A stretch of 51,032 bases of DNA, counting the filler, from an uncultured virus (IMG/VR IMGVR_UViG_2061766007_000659) (taxonomy: Duplodnaviria > Heunggongvirae > Uroviricota > Caudoviricetes). It is 2 parts of one record of this genome, joined end to end, with 100 filler letters (N's around TTAATTAATTAA, not from the genome) between each part and the next. Parts side by side here need not be neighbours in the genome. Positions count along the whole stretch, not along the records: positions 1 to 21,645 come from IMGVR_UViG_2061766007_000659; 1 more part is not named here. The stretch is one strand, 5' to 3'. Position numbers and translations under genes: made by a program. This document shows, one piece after another, positions 1 through 9,325 of this stretch. Under the pieces are notes generated by a model, which was not told where the DNA came from, searched no databases, and saw only the letters and a list, made by a program, of their open reading frames with translations. Position 1 is the stretch's first letter. Each line of letters begins with the position of its first letter.

Positions 1-428
1 GTCTCACTTAATTTTCCTGGGGATACTAGGGATAAAGGCCCTGAAAAGATTATTCATAGAACTGATATAGGGGAAATAATGCTTGGTATTGTAACATGGT
101 GTTTAAATAATTTTATTACTCCAAGTATCGACTGCTGCTACTTTCCATGCTTATTTGAGAATAAAGAAGAATTAAAGATTATTCAGAAANNNNNNNNNNN
201 NNNNNNNNNNNNNNNNNNNNNNNNNNNNNNNNNNNNNNNNNNNNNNNNNNNNNCCTTTAAAAGACAAATTATCAATAAATTTTAATGATTATCATTCCAA
301 AAATGAAGTTCAAAAAGCACTAGTTTCAGAATATAAGATTGTAAAAAGCTTAATAGAAGTTCCAGAGGAATGTAAGGAATGTGATTTCTTTAAATGTGGC
401 ATGTGTGAAGGCCCTTGTTTAGGATTCT
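1..428 (+). CDS. Radical SAM/SPASM protein, C-terminal part (truncated by window edge and N-gaps)
   Basis: Frame 1 is open from base 1 (VSLNFPGD...IDCCYFPCLF). After the gap it reads PLKDKLS...PEECKECDFFKCGMCEGPCLGF, a SPASM-type CxxC...CxGxC terminus. The SAM-binding CxxxCxxC would lie outside the window. Confidence 0.6.
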
Positions 429-853
429 NNNNNNNNNNNNNNNNNNNNNNNNNNNNNNNNNNNNNNNNNNNNNNNNNNNNNNNNNNNNNNNNNNNNNNNN
501 NNNNNNNNNNNNNNNNNNNNNNNNNNNNNNNNNNNNNNNNNNNNNNNNNNNNNNNNNNNNNNNNNNNNNNNNNNNNNNNNNNNNNNNNNNNNNNNNNNNN
601 NNNNNNNNNNNNNNNNNNNNNNNNNNNNNNNNNNNNNNNNNNNNNNNNNNNNNNNNNNNNNNNNNNNNNNNNNNNNNNNNNNNNNNNNNNNNNNNNNNNN
701 NNNNNNNNNNNNNNNNNNNNNNNNNNNNNNNNNNNNNNNNNNNNNNNNNNNNNNNNNNNNNNNNNNNNNNNNNNNNNNNNNNNNNNNNNNNNNNNNNNNN
801 NNNNNNNNNNNNNNNNNNNNNNNNNNNNNNNNNNNNNNNNNNNNNNNNNNNNN

Positions 854-1151
854 AACATATTCTATGGCCTCATATCCGTTATAGACTCCCCACCAGCTCC
901 ATTGTCTCTGGAAGTCATCACAATCCCTTCCTGATTCCTTTGTATCATCAAAGAACTTATTGGGGTCTGCGGTATGGTCAAAAAGGCCTCCGAAGGGGTC
1001 AGATTTATATTCAAAGGAATTTATTCTTTCTTGAAAATTTATGGATAAACGATTGTATTCTTGTCTTATTTNNNNNNNNNNNNNNNNNNNNNNNNNNNNN
1101 NNNNNNNNNCAGATACCCTTTCATCAAGGCTTTAACTACTCTCTTATTCAT
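854..1151 (-). CDS. Transglutaminase-like/cysteine-protease-fold protein, partial
   Basis: Manual translation of the minus strand gives MNKRVVKALMKGYL-gap-IRQEYNRLSINFQERINSFEYKSDPFGGLFDHTADPNKFFDDTKESGRDCDDFQRQW. DCDDF matches the GDCDD(F/Y) motif of transglutaminase-like proteins. The 3' end is lost in a gap. Confidence 0.45.
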
Positions 1152-1189
1152 ATTAAAATTAGTCATTTTGAACTTTATATTATAGGTGT

Positions 1190-3321
1190 ATGTCAGACTT
1201 CAGTTTCGGAAAGATAAGTGTTAATTCAAGAAAGCAAGTCCTTAATCTGAAAACACATAGCACACCTCTCCTTGTGGATAAGGGTGAGGTGAAGGCCAAA
1301 TATGACCTTCCTGTTATCATTCTCGTTGAGGACCAGTTTGAACCCAAGTATCTTGAATATATAGGAAGATGGCTCCTCAGCTTAGGTTGCTACAAGTATA
1401 AGATTCTCAATGTCCTTTCATGTGAATGGTCAGAGAAGGACGCCAAGGAAGGACTCATCAAGTTCTACAAGAATAACAAGTCCAATTTCATGGATTTCGT
1501 TCCAGTCGGTGCCCCCATCATTACAAGCGGACCTGCCCTTTATTCCCTCTTACAAGAGGACGATATCTACCCGAATCATGTCAATCAGATTATCTTCGGT
1601 AAGAGTAATTTCTGGTTCTCCCTTGATTTGACAAGGGAAGGACTACATAGGATATTCCCCATCGCCTCAATCAAGGATTGTATCTTCGGTTACGGAATGT
1701 ATGAGAAATGGTGCACTGGTGCAGTGGATTCCTACAAGACCAAGCTGGCCTCCATACAGATACAGAACGCCATAAAGTCGGAGAGTTCTCCTATTCCAAG
1801 ATACCCCAATCTCACAAAGGTGTTCATCAAGACCCAAGAGGAATTTGATGACTTGTTCTATGAGCCTAACAAGGACAGACATGATGAGATACTGGCATGG
1901 GATATTGAGACCTCTGGTCTTAACTTCATGAGGGATACAATTGGTTGCATCACATTGAGTTTTGACGGAAGGACGGGATACTACATTCCGTGGAAACTCC
2001 TTGATGATGAGAGAAAGAAGAAATTAGGACATATCTTCAAGAACAACAAGCAGTTGGGCGCCAACCTTAAATTCGATGTGAAGTTCCTTTGGAAGAACGG
2101 AGTGCCTGAGGCTCAGATAGATGAGGATATAATCCTCATGGGACATACTCTTGACGAGACCCGCTCCAATTCCCTTAAATCACTTGCCTTCTATTACACA
2201 TTGTATGGCGGATATGAAAGAGCTCTTGACAAGTACAAGGAGAAGATGGGAAACAAGGAAGTCAATTACCTTGAAATTCCTGAAGATATCCTCAAAGAGT
2301 ATGCTGTCATGGATGCCATTGTCACAAGGCAGGTATGGGACAACATAATGAAGCATTGCAGGGAACTTGACAAGAAGTATCCCAATGAGTTCTCAGAGCA
2401 TGGAATGGAGTATTATTACTACACTTTCCGTATCCCTGCCGCAAGGACATACGCCAAGATGGAGTATGAGGGTGTCTACATTGACAGAGATATGCTTGAT
2501 GCTCTCCGTAAGGATATGCAGCAGGCCATCGCTGACTTGAAGAAGAAACTCTGTATCGCATTTGCAGTTCCGCCTGATTTCAAGTGGGAGAGCGGACAGG
2601 AACTCGGTAAACTCCTTGAAAAGAAGGGCTGGGAAGACTGGGGAAGGACATCTTCGGGTGAGTTGGCAACCGGTGATTTTCAGATATCAAGATGGAAGAA
2701 ATCTCACCCTGAGGCCAAGGATATTGAACAGCTCAAGTCCTTCAACACACTTCTCAATACCTTCGTTGGAAATGAGACACAAAACTCACTTATGGCTGAT
2801 TTCTTCGGCAGTAATGACGAGGAAGGTGACAAGGGTTGGACTCAATATATCCAGTATCATAAGGAAGATGGAACATGGCGTATGCACCCCAACTTCCTCG
2901 CTATGATGACAGATTCCGGAAGAAGCAGATGTAATTCACCGAATATGCAGCAGGTCCCTACAAGGGGTAAATTCGCCAAGGAAATCAAGAGTTGTCTCAA
3001 AACCCCTGATGACGAGAATTACTATCTCTGTACCGTTGACTATTCCTCACTTCAGATGAGATTGGCCGCCATAGATNNNNNNNNNNNNNNNNNNNNNNNN
3101 NNNNNNNNNNNNNNNNNNNNNNNNNNNNNNNNNNNNNNNNNNNNNNNNNNNNNNNNNNNNNNNNNNNNNNNNNNNNNNNNNNNNNNNAGCAGGACGGAAA
3201 GACCTATGAGTTCCTTGGTGGTCAGGCAATAACCGTCAAGAGATTGAATCAAGAAGGTGTCGAGGAAGTGGCTGAGATTCCGGCCTGTGAGATAAGAGAA
3301 TCAGATACTTTGATTGTATAA
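1190..3321 (+). CDS. polA: DNA polymerase I (family A), N-terminal part: UDG-like domain, 3'-5' exonuclease, thumb, motif A
   Basis: ExoI WDIETSG, ExoII GANLKFD, ExoIII YAVMDA, TDSGRSRCNSPNMQQVP, motif A VDYSSLQMR. After the 3077-3187 gap the plausible continuation is EQDGKTYEFLGGQ...DTLIV* with TAA at 3319-3321; the frame offset is attributed to gap length. Confidence 0.9.
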
Positions 3322-3396
3322 TATAAGAAGGGNNNNNNNNNNNNNNNNNNNNNNNNNNNNNNNNNNNNNNNNNNNNNNNNNNNNNNNNNNNTGAAA

Positions 3397-3792
3397 TTGT
3401 TTCAGAATATGAACAACGTTGTCAAGGTCGAGGATTTGAGAGACGATGAATTCTATCAGAAAAAGGATATTGATTTCGCTGTCTATACAACCAATAACAA
3501 GAAAGCGAATGTCGAGGTCAAGACAGACTATCTTGCTGAAAAGACCGGAAACATCGTATATGAGAGAGTATCAAACGCCCAGTATTCAAGTACAGGATGT
3601 TTTGATAAGACCGAAGCTGATTATATCTTCTATGTCATAATGGGAAANNNNNNNNNNNNNNNNNNNNNNNNNNNNNNNNNNAATAACGGAAATTTCAGAT
3701 ATTGCAAGATGGGAGATAACGCAGAGGGATTCGTTATTCCCATTCAAAGTCTTTATGATAATGGTATAATAAGAAAAGAGTACGAAATTTAA
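3397..3792 (+). CDS. PD-(D/E)XK-like nuclease inserted between the two polA parts (candidate homing endonuclease); start hidden in gap
   Basis: DIDF...VEVKTD...TGNIVYE...ADYIFY motif pattern, located between polA motifs A and B. Confidence 0.55.
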   Translation: MFQNMNNVVKVEDLRDDEFYQKKDIDFAVYTTNNKKANVEVKTDYLAEKTGNIVYERVSNAQYSSTGCFDKTEADYIFYVIMGXXXXXXXXXXXXNNGNFRYCKMGDNAEGFVIPIQSLYDNGIIRKEYEI

Positions 3793-3793
3793 T

Positions 3794-4714
3794 ATGGCTT
3801 NNNNNNNNNNNNNNNNNNNNNNNAGAAACAGAAGGGATACGGAGATTACAAGAAGTTCAGACAGATTGCCAAGGCACAGAACTTCTCGTTGATTTTCGGT
3901 GGTTCAGAGAGCGTATTCAGCCAGTACTCCCTTGAAATCTACTGGACACTTAATGATGTCAATCAGTATCTTGAGGATAATGATTGCGGTGTTGAACTTG
4001 AAGAAGTACAGAAGAAATATAAAAACTTTACAGAGGAGCACCAAAGATTCGTAGCTGCAGCATCAAGAATGAGAAAGGGATTTTTCAAAGGATATCCTGG
4101 ACTTCTTGTAAGATGTGACAGAGAAGTGAAATATGCCGCTGAACATGGATATTGCCGTTCCGTATTCGGTGGAACAAGAAATCTTATTGAATTGTTCCTC
4201 AGAGGTGCTTACGATGATAAGTATGAATCCGGAACATTGAAGAACCTTGAGAATATCTCAAAGAACTACTTAGCTCAGCAGTTGGAAGCCTGTATCCGTG
4301 GAAGGGCCATGAGGGAGATTGCTGAGTGGTTGATAAACAATGGATACAAGTCAAGGGTATGGAATGAGATTCACGATAGTATTGACTACTATCTTTACAA
4401 NNNNNNNNNNNNNNNNNNNNNNNNNNNNNNAGATTCCGGAGTTGAAGGAGTTCTGGGTGCCCCTCCCTGCCGATTGTAACATAAGTGACCATAGTAAAGG
4501 TCAGTACTACAAGGAAGAGAACAGCGCTGAATCATTCGGTATTCCCTGGGGTGATAACCTTGAATTCCAAGACCCAGACCCGTTCGGAGTAGAATTAGCT
4601 CCAGAATTTGAGACGGAATACTTTGATAACAGAGCTAAATGGTGGGCAAGTAAGGGATTACCTGACCCATTGGCAAGAAAGATTTACAGATACAGGAAGG
4701 AAAAGGGCGTCTGA
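3794..4714 (+). CDS. polA: DNA polymerase I (family A), C-terminal part: motifs B and C
   Basis: ATG at 3794, then a gap, then KQKGYGDYKKFRQIAKAQNFSLIFG (motif B), NYLAQ, WNEIHDSID (motif C). It continues after the 4401-4430 gap as IPELKEFWVPLPAD...KGV*. Confidence 0.85.
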
Positions 4715-4734
4715 AAGATGCCCTTTAATTTTTT
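4702..4734 (+). terminator. Rho-independent terminator after polA
   Basis: AAAGGGCGTCT-GAA-AGATGCCCTTT hairpin followed by AATTTTTT. Confidence 0.7.
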
Positions 4735-4839
4735 AATCAACAATAATTATTGACACTGCAAATATTTAACTAATATAGATGTAACTTTTGGAAAAACGAT
4801 ACAATCTTAATATTATAATATATCTGTNNNNNNNNNNAG

Positions 4840-6429
4840 GACTTTGAGGAAGCCGCTAGCGGTATCCCCCAGCAGTTCCGTGAATCACAGAGAAGAATAC
4901 CAGATTACTCCTTGATGAATTATGAACCTATTGTGGGAAAACACCCCCATGAAGATTTCCAGCGTATCTCCATAAGCAAGGGAATAAACATATCCTCACA
5001 CGCTTTCTTCTTCGGTCAGGGAACAGGTAAATCATATATTGCTTCAGCAATAATCGCCCATAGGGTCTACAAGTATCATGATTGCAACAAGGTCTTATTT
5101 GTAACCACAAATATCGGTGTGAGAAACCTTTATCATGAGTTGTTCAAGTTCATAAAGGACTTGAATCCAGATAAAGTCAAGATTGCAGACAAGAATTACA
5201 GGAATCCCTTTGATGACCCCAACACAGATATCGTCATCACAAGTTATAATTCATTCAGACTTGTATGCAATTATTACAAGAAACAGAAAGGAATCACGGC
5301 AACCTCCCCAAGAAAGCCATTCTTACCTTTGGAGAAATGGTTCAACGGAAGGGGAATGTTGATTCTTGATGAATCCCATTGTGTGGCCAATCCCCAAAGT
5401 CAGCAAGGTTATCTGATGGCCTTACATTCTGGACTATTCACATACAAGTATCTTTTCTCCGGTACACCTGCTGACAATATAGAGAAATTATATAACCAAT
5501 ACAAGATAATGGACCCTTGGTTGGTCTATAACCTCTCATTCACACAATGGAAGGACAAATTGGCTTTTCTCGGTGACAGATTCAGTATGTTCTCAATAAG
5601 GGAATGGAAGAAAGACGAGGTTGAGAAACAGAATCAGAGATTCCTCAAGTCCTATGGTGAATACTTCAAGACAGAGGACTTGATTGAGCTTCCGGACTTC
5701 AATGAGAAGAAGATATATATAGAAATGACTCCTTCCCATAGGAGAATCTATGAATCCTTCATCATGGACGATTTGAAGAAGAACTCTCAGACCGTAAGGG
5801 ACATTGTGAACAGATTCCCCTACATGATGTTAGCAACAGATGACCCTACATTGTTGAAGAAACATGAGGAAAAATTCGATTATGACTTGAACCTCATGCT
5901 TGAGAAATTCAACACAAAGGATTTGGAGAAATACAATGCCCTTGAGGATATCATGAATGACCTTGAGGATAAGGAAAAGGCTATCGTATGGGTCATTCAC
6001 CCCTCCACTGCCAAGAGAATCTGTGAGAGATTCAGTAAATACAAGCCAATCTGTATCATCGGTGAGACCCCTCAGGATGACAGATTCAAGATGGTCGAGG
6101 ATTTCAAGAAAGGTGATTCCAGAATGCTTGTGGCGGTCATACAGACCTTGGCAACTTCAGTGACCATACTTGAAGCCCATGTATCAGTCTATTTTGAAAG
6201 AGGGTTCAACTTCACTGATATATCACAGAGCCTTAACAGAAACTACCGATTGGGTCAGGATAAGGTAATCACAAGATATATGCTGATTTATGATAAATCA
6301 CTGGATTGCCTTGTGGACAAGAACCTTGACAGCAAGGGTACTCTGGTAAAAGGACTTTGTAGTAGGGACTTCCTCACACAAGCTGAATGGCAAAAAATAT
6401 TCAATTGCAGTGAAAACACTCAAATTTAG
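4840..6429 (+). CDS. SNF2-family (SF2) helicase; true start lies in the upstream gap
   Basis: Walker A GQGTGKS, motif II LILDESH, motif III SGTP, motif VI QSLNRNYRLGQ. The frame is open upstream of 4912 back to the gap. Confidence 0.85.
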   Translation, partial: DFEEAASGIPQQFRESQRRIPDYSLMNYEPIVGKHPHEDFQRISISKGINISSHAFFFGQGTGKSYIASAIIAHRVYKYHDCNKVLFVTTNIGVRNLYHELFKFIKDLNPDKVKIADKNYRNPFDDPNTDIVITSYNSFRLVCNYYKKQKGITATSPRKPFLPLEKWFNGRGMLILDESHCVANPQSQQGYLMALHSGLFTYKYLFSGTPADNIEKLYNQYKIMDPWLVYNLSFTQWKDKLAFLGDRFSMFSIREWKKDEVEKQNQRFLKSYGEYFKTEDLIELPDFNEKKIYIEMTPSHRRIYESFIMDDLKKNSQTVRDIVNRFPYMMLATDDPTLLKKHEEKFDYDLNLMLEKFNTKDLEKYNALEDIMNDLEDKEKAIVWVIHPSTAKRICERFSKYKPICIIGETPQDDRFKMVEDFKKGDSRMLVAVIQTLATSVTILEAHVSVYFERGFNFTDISQSLNRNYRLGQDKVITRYMLIYDKSLDCLVDKNLDSKGTLVKGLCSRDFLTQAEWQKIFNCSENTQI

Positions 6430-6479
6430 ACTTATATTATATATGTGAAATTAATTTCCAATAAGGAGAAATATTATAA

Positions 6480-7360
6480 ATGAATAGTGAACAGATTGAG
6501 ATTACAATGGGTGTATCTCTTATTCTCAGGGATATCATAAATGAGATTCTTTATGCAAGAAAGACCACTTCTGATGGAAAGGAGTATATTGTTGACAGAG
6601 AACTCCCTTTCAGACTCAGATATAGATTGAATAAAAACAGACTTCTCTTTGAGANNNNNNNNNNNNAAGGATTTTTGCCCTTGCCAAGTATGGTGAAGCC
6701 ACCCCTGATGGAAAGAATGTAGTTATCAATGACCCTAAGAAGCAGGAACTTTTCAAGCAGGAAATCTCCAGTATCATTGATACTCCTGTAACACATTCCA
6801 TCGTGAGACTGGAGCCTGAGGATATTGAACTTGTATCTGATACAGACATCAATATTGCCCCAGATGCAATGGCTCTGTTCATCGGTTATATGACCAATGA
6901 CCCCGAGCTTCAGAAAGATTTGGATACCAAGATTAACATAAGGCTCAATACTCCTAAGACAGAAGATGCCCCCAAGGTAGAAGAGACTCCTGTTGTTGAG
7001 GAAACTCCAGTTGTTGAAGAAACCAAAGTAGAGGAGAAGGCAGAAGAATCACCTGCTCCTGTCAAGAAAACCACAACAAAGAAATCCACTACAACCAAGA
7101 AGTCCACAACCACAAAGACCCAGAAGAAGCTTCAGAACATCGCTGAGGGAAAGCCTGTCCTTGATGGTGTAGAGGAAGTCAAGACAGAGGAAACTCCTAA
7201 GGAGACTCCTAAGAAAACCACAACCAAGAAGTCCACAACCTCAAAGAAAACCACAACAAAGAAGGTGGAGGCCCCTGAAACAGCAGAGGAAGCCCCCAAG
7301 AAAACCACAACAAGAAAGCCTAGAACCAAAAAGGTGACAGAGGAGACAGTCAATGGCTGA
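6480..7360 (+). CDS. Hypothetical protein with DUF1617-like N-terminus and Lys/Thr-rich low-complexity tail (joined across gap)
   Basis: ELPFRLRYRLNKNRLLFE resembles the next gene. RBS AAGGAG. The tail has KKTTTKKSTT repeats. Confidence 0.6.
7063..7330 (+). repeat. Coding repeats (KKTTTKKSTT)n
   Basis: AAGAAAACCACAAC(A/C)AAGAA... recurs near 7063, 7211, 7245 and 7298. Confidence 0.75.
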
Positions 7361-7808
7361 TAAGATTACCATCGCTACCAGTGTGGCTCTCTGTAAGCTT
7401 CTTGAAAGTATGCTCTTTGATGTGGATTCAAAGTCATTCAAGGAGAATGACCTTCCTTTCAATGTAAGATACAAGATTCAGAGAAACCTTGATTTGCTCG
7501 CCAAAGACAAGGCCTACTTTGAAATGGAAAGGCAGAACCTCATAAAGAAATATGGAGCCAAGGAAGAAAATGACCCTCAAAAAATCAAGGTCACTGAAGA
7601 AAATATGCAGGATTTCCAGGATGAAATCCTTAAAATCATGGCNNNNNNNNNNNNNNNNNNNNNNNNNNNNNNNNNNNNNGAGGAAGTATTCCTTATCAAG
7701 GATGTCAAGGCACAGGCCTATGAAATGGATTTGTTCATAGGTGTCCTTGTAGAGGACCCTGACAGAGAGGAAGACCTTAACACTCCGATTGAACCCAAGA
7801 AGGACTGA
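7353..7808 (+). CDS. Hypothetical protein, paralog of the 6480 gene N-terminus (DUF1617-like)
   Basis: DLPFNVRYKIQRNLDLLAKDKAYFEMERQNLIKKYG; overlaps the upstream stop. Confidence 0.65.
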   Translation: MADKITIATSVALCKLLESMLFDVDSKSFKENDLPFNVRYKIQRNLDLLAKDKAYFEMERQNLIKKYGAKEENDPQKIKVTEENMQDFQDEILKIMXXXXXXXXXXXXXEEVFLIKDVKAQAYEMDLFIGVLVEDPDREEDLNTPIEPKKD

Positions 7809-7889
7809 CATAATACTCCTCCTTATAATTAANNNNNNNNNNNNNNNNNNNNNNNNNNNNNNNNNNNNNNNNNNNNNNNNNNNNNNNNN

Positions 7890-8303
7890 ATGTATTCTAC
7901 TCCCAAAAACATATTGCAACTTAAAATCAATGAAGCTTTAGGACAGAATGAAGAGAATATGATTTCCGATTTAATCAAGCTCTGTCTGATGAAACCAGCT
8001 TCAAAGAACCAGGATTATCTGGTCTATACGGAAATATACAACCTTTTAGGCCTTGAGAAATTCACAGACCTCATATCGCTCCTTGACGGAAGAACAGTCA
8101 AGTTCCCCACAAAAGAGGAATTCAAGGATACCATCATAACTGTTCTCTGCTATTATTACAGGAATGTCCTTAACCTTGAGTGGGATGAAATCAAGGAGAA
8201 ACTTGGTATTCCTGATATCAACACAATCCGCCAAGGCATAAGGTCAAGTCAATATGAGGCCTTCTTGAAGGAACTTATAAACAAGAGAATCAAAAATGAA
8301 TGA
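7890..8303 (+). CDS. Hypothetical protein (possibly Mor-like/HTH)
   Basis: 137-aa ORF with LLGLEKFTDLISLLDGRTVKFPT and a C-terminal helical segment; function uncertain. Confidence 0.55.
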   Translation: MYSTPKNILQLKINEALGQNEENMISDLIKLCLMKPASKNQDYLVYTEIYNLLGLEKFTDLISLLDGRTVKFPTKEEFKDTIITVLCYYYRNVLNLEWDEIKEKLGIPDINTIRQGIRSSQYEAFLKELINKRIKNE

Positions 8304-8787
8304 GAATTTAAATGAGCTTATAAAACTGAGAGACAGATTAGATAGCCCAGAGTCTAGCCTTGTGGTGCAGAACTCACAGATTACAGACCCTGCAAGAGAG
8401 GTCGAGGGGGCTCTCACCACTTTCATAACCTCCCGTATTGAAAGGATTGAGAGGGATTCTCAGTTCGCTGATTTGGTCAAGATGCAGATAAGGGGAAGAT
8501 TCTCTGAGTTCACCATTGACCAGCTTCTTGAACTCAACAATCAGGTCACAAGAAACAACAACAAGGGTGTCGAGACCCTTATCCCGCTTATGGTCGGTGA
8601 TTCCAGTGGAAAGACTACATTTGAACACCTCAGGGACGCACCAATTGACAACGCCGCCAAGAACCTTTATCAGACTGCTGACAAGGATATGCTACAAGCT
8701 GTAAGTTACCTCAGCAGTGTCATGGCAAGGATTGCTCAGAATCCTAAGGGTAATCAGATAATAGAAGAAGCAGAAACAACTAATTAA
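8296..8787 (+). CDS. Hypothetical protein
   Basis: 163-aa ORF overlapping the upstream stop. Confidence 0.65.
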   Translation: MNENLNELIKLRDRLDSPESSLVVQNSQITDPAREVEGALTTFITSRIERIERDSQFADLVKMQIRGRFSEFTIDQLLELNNQVTRNNNKGVETLIPLMVGDSSGKTTFEHLRDAPIDNAAKNLYQTADKDMLQAVSYLSSVMARIAQNPKGNQIIEEAETTN

Positions 8788-8814
8788 GAGAGAATATAAT
8801 AGGAGTTATCACCA

Positions 8815-9162
8815 ATGACCTATTTTACAATGAGCTATGGAAATATAGGTACAGTTTCCTCAGAAGATATAAAGAAAGCAGTTGAAGAAGTCGCTCCTTC
8901 TCTCATTGAAGAAGCAGTCGGAACTGTTGTCGATAATAAGATAGACGATAAAATCAGTACTGTAACAGAGCAGGGTAATGCTGATGATGTCAGAACATTT
9001 GATACATTCAGTTCATTCCCTGCAACAGGTGTTGAGGATGTCGAATATGTCGCTCTTGATACCGGTTATGAGTACGCTTGGGATGGAACTTCATACGTTC
9101 TTCTCAATGAGCACGAACGCCTTGATGATGAGGATATAAATGGCCTCGGAAACTGGGACTAA
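8815..9162 (+). CDS. Hypothetical protein, probable virion component
   Basis: RBS AGGAG. SFPATG...YVALDTG..YAWDG is typical of phage fibre/decoration proteins. Preceded by AACTAATTAA. Confidence 0.6.
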   Translation: MTYFTMSYGNIGTVSSEDIKKAVEEVAPSLIEEAVGTVVDNKIDDKISTVTEQGNADDVRTFDTFSSFPATGVEDVEYVALDTGYEYAWDGTSYVLLNEHERLDDEDINGLGNWD

Positions 9163-9295
9163 TAATGAGAACAATGGGAAAAAGTTCGTGACCCTTGAAG
9201 GATTACGGTATTTCCTAGAAAAATTGAGATATGAATTCGCTCATAATGGGCCAAAAAGTGAGAATCAAGAAAATACTTCAGCAAATGAAGAATAG
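9140..9295 (+). CDS. 51-aa small protein homologous to the N-terminus of the downstream 579-aa protein (not in ORF track)
   Basis: GAGGA RBS, ATG at 9140. KKFVTLEGLRYFLEKLRYEFAHN aligns with KKYVDREGLNLFLGKLKDSYAHN. Confidence 0.55.
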   Translation: MASETGTNNENNGKKFVTLEGLRYFLEKLRYEFAHNGPKSENQENTSANEE

Positions 9296-9325
9296 ATAAA
9301 AAAATCATAGAAAAAGGAAAAGTAT

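Noticed and set aside
310..1185. ORF-track calls spanning the long N-run (310-858, 401-934, 415-1185)
   Set aside because: Composed mostly of X; artefacts of N translation.
4750..4780. sigma70 promoter before the helicase (TTGACA at 4750)
   Set aside because: No -10 hexamer at 16-18 nt spacing, and the downstream region is interrupted by a gap.
7063..7330. CRISPR-like or non-coding repeat array
   Set aside because: The repeats are in-frame, degenerate and encode KKTTTKK; there is no constant repeat/unique spacer structure. No CRISPR array is seen elsewhere in the readable sequence.
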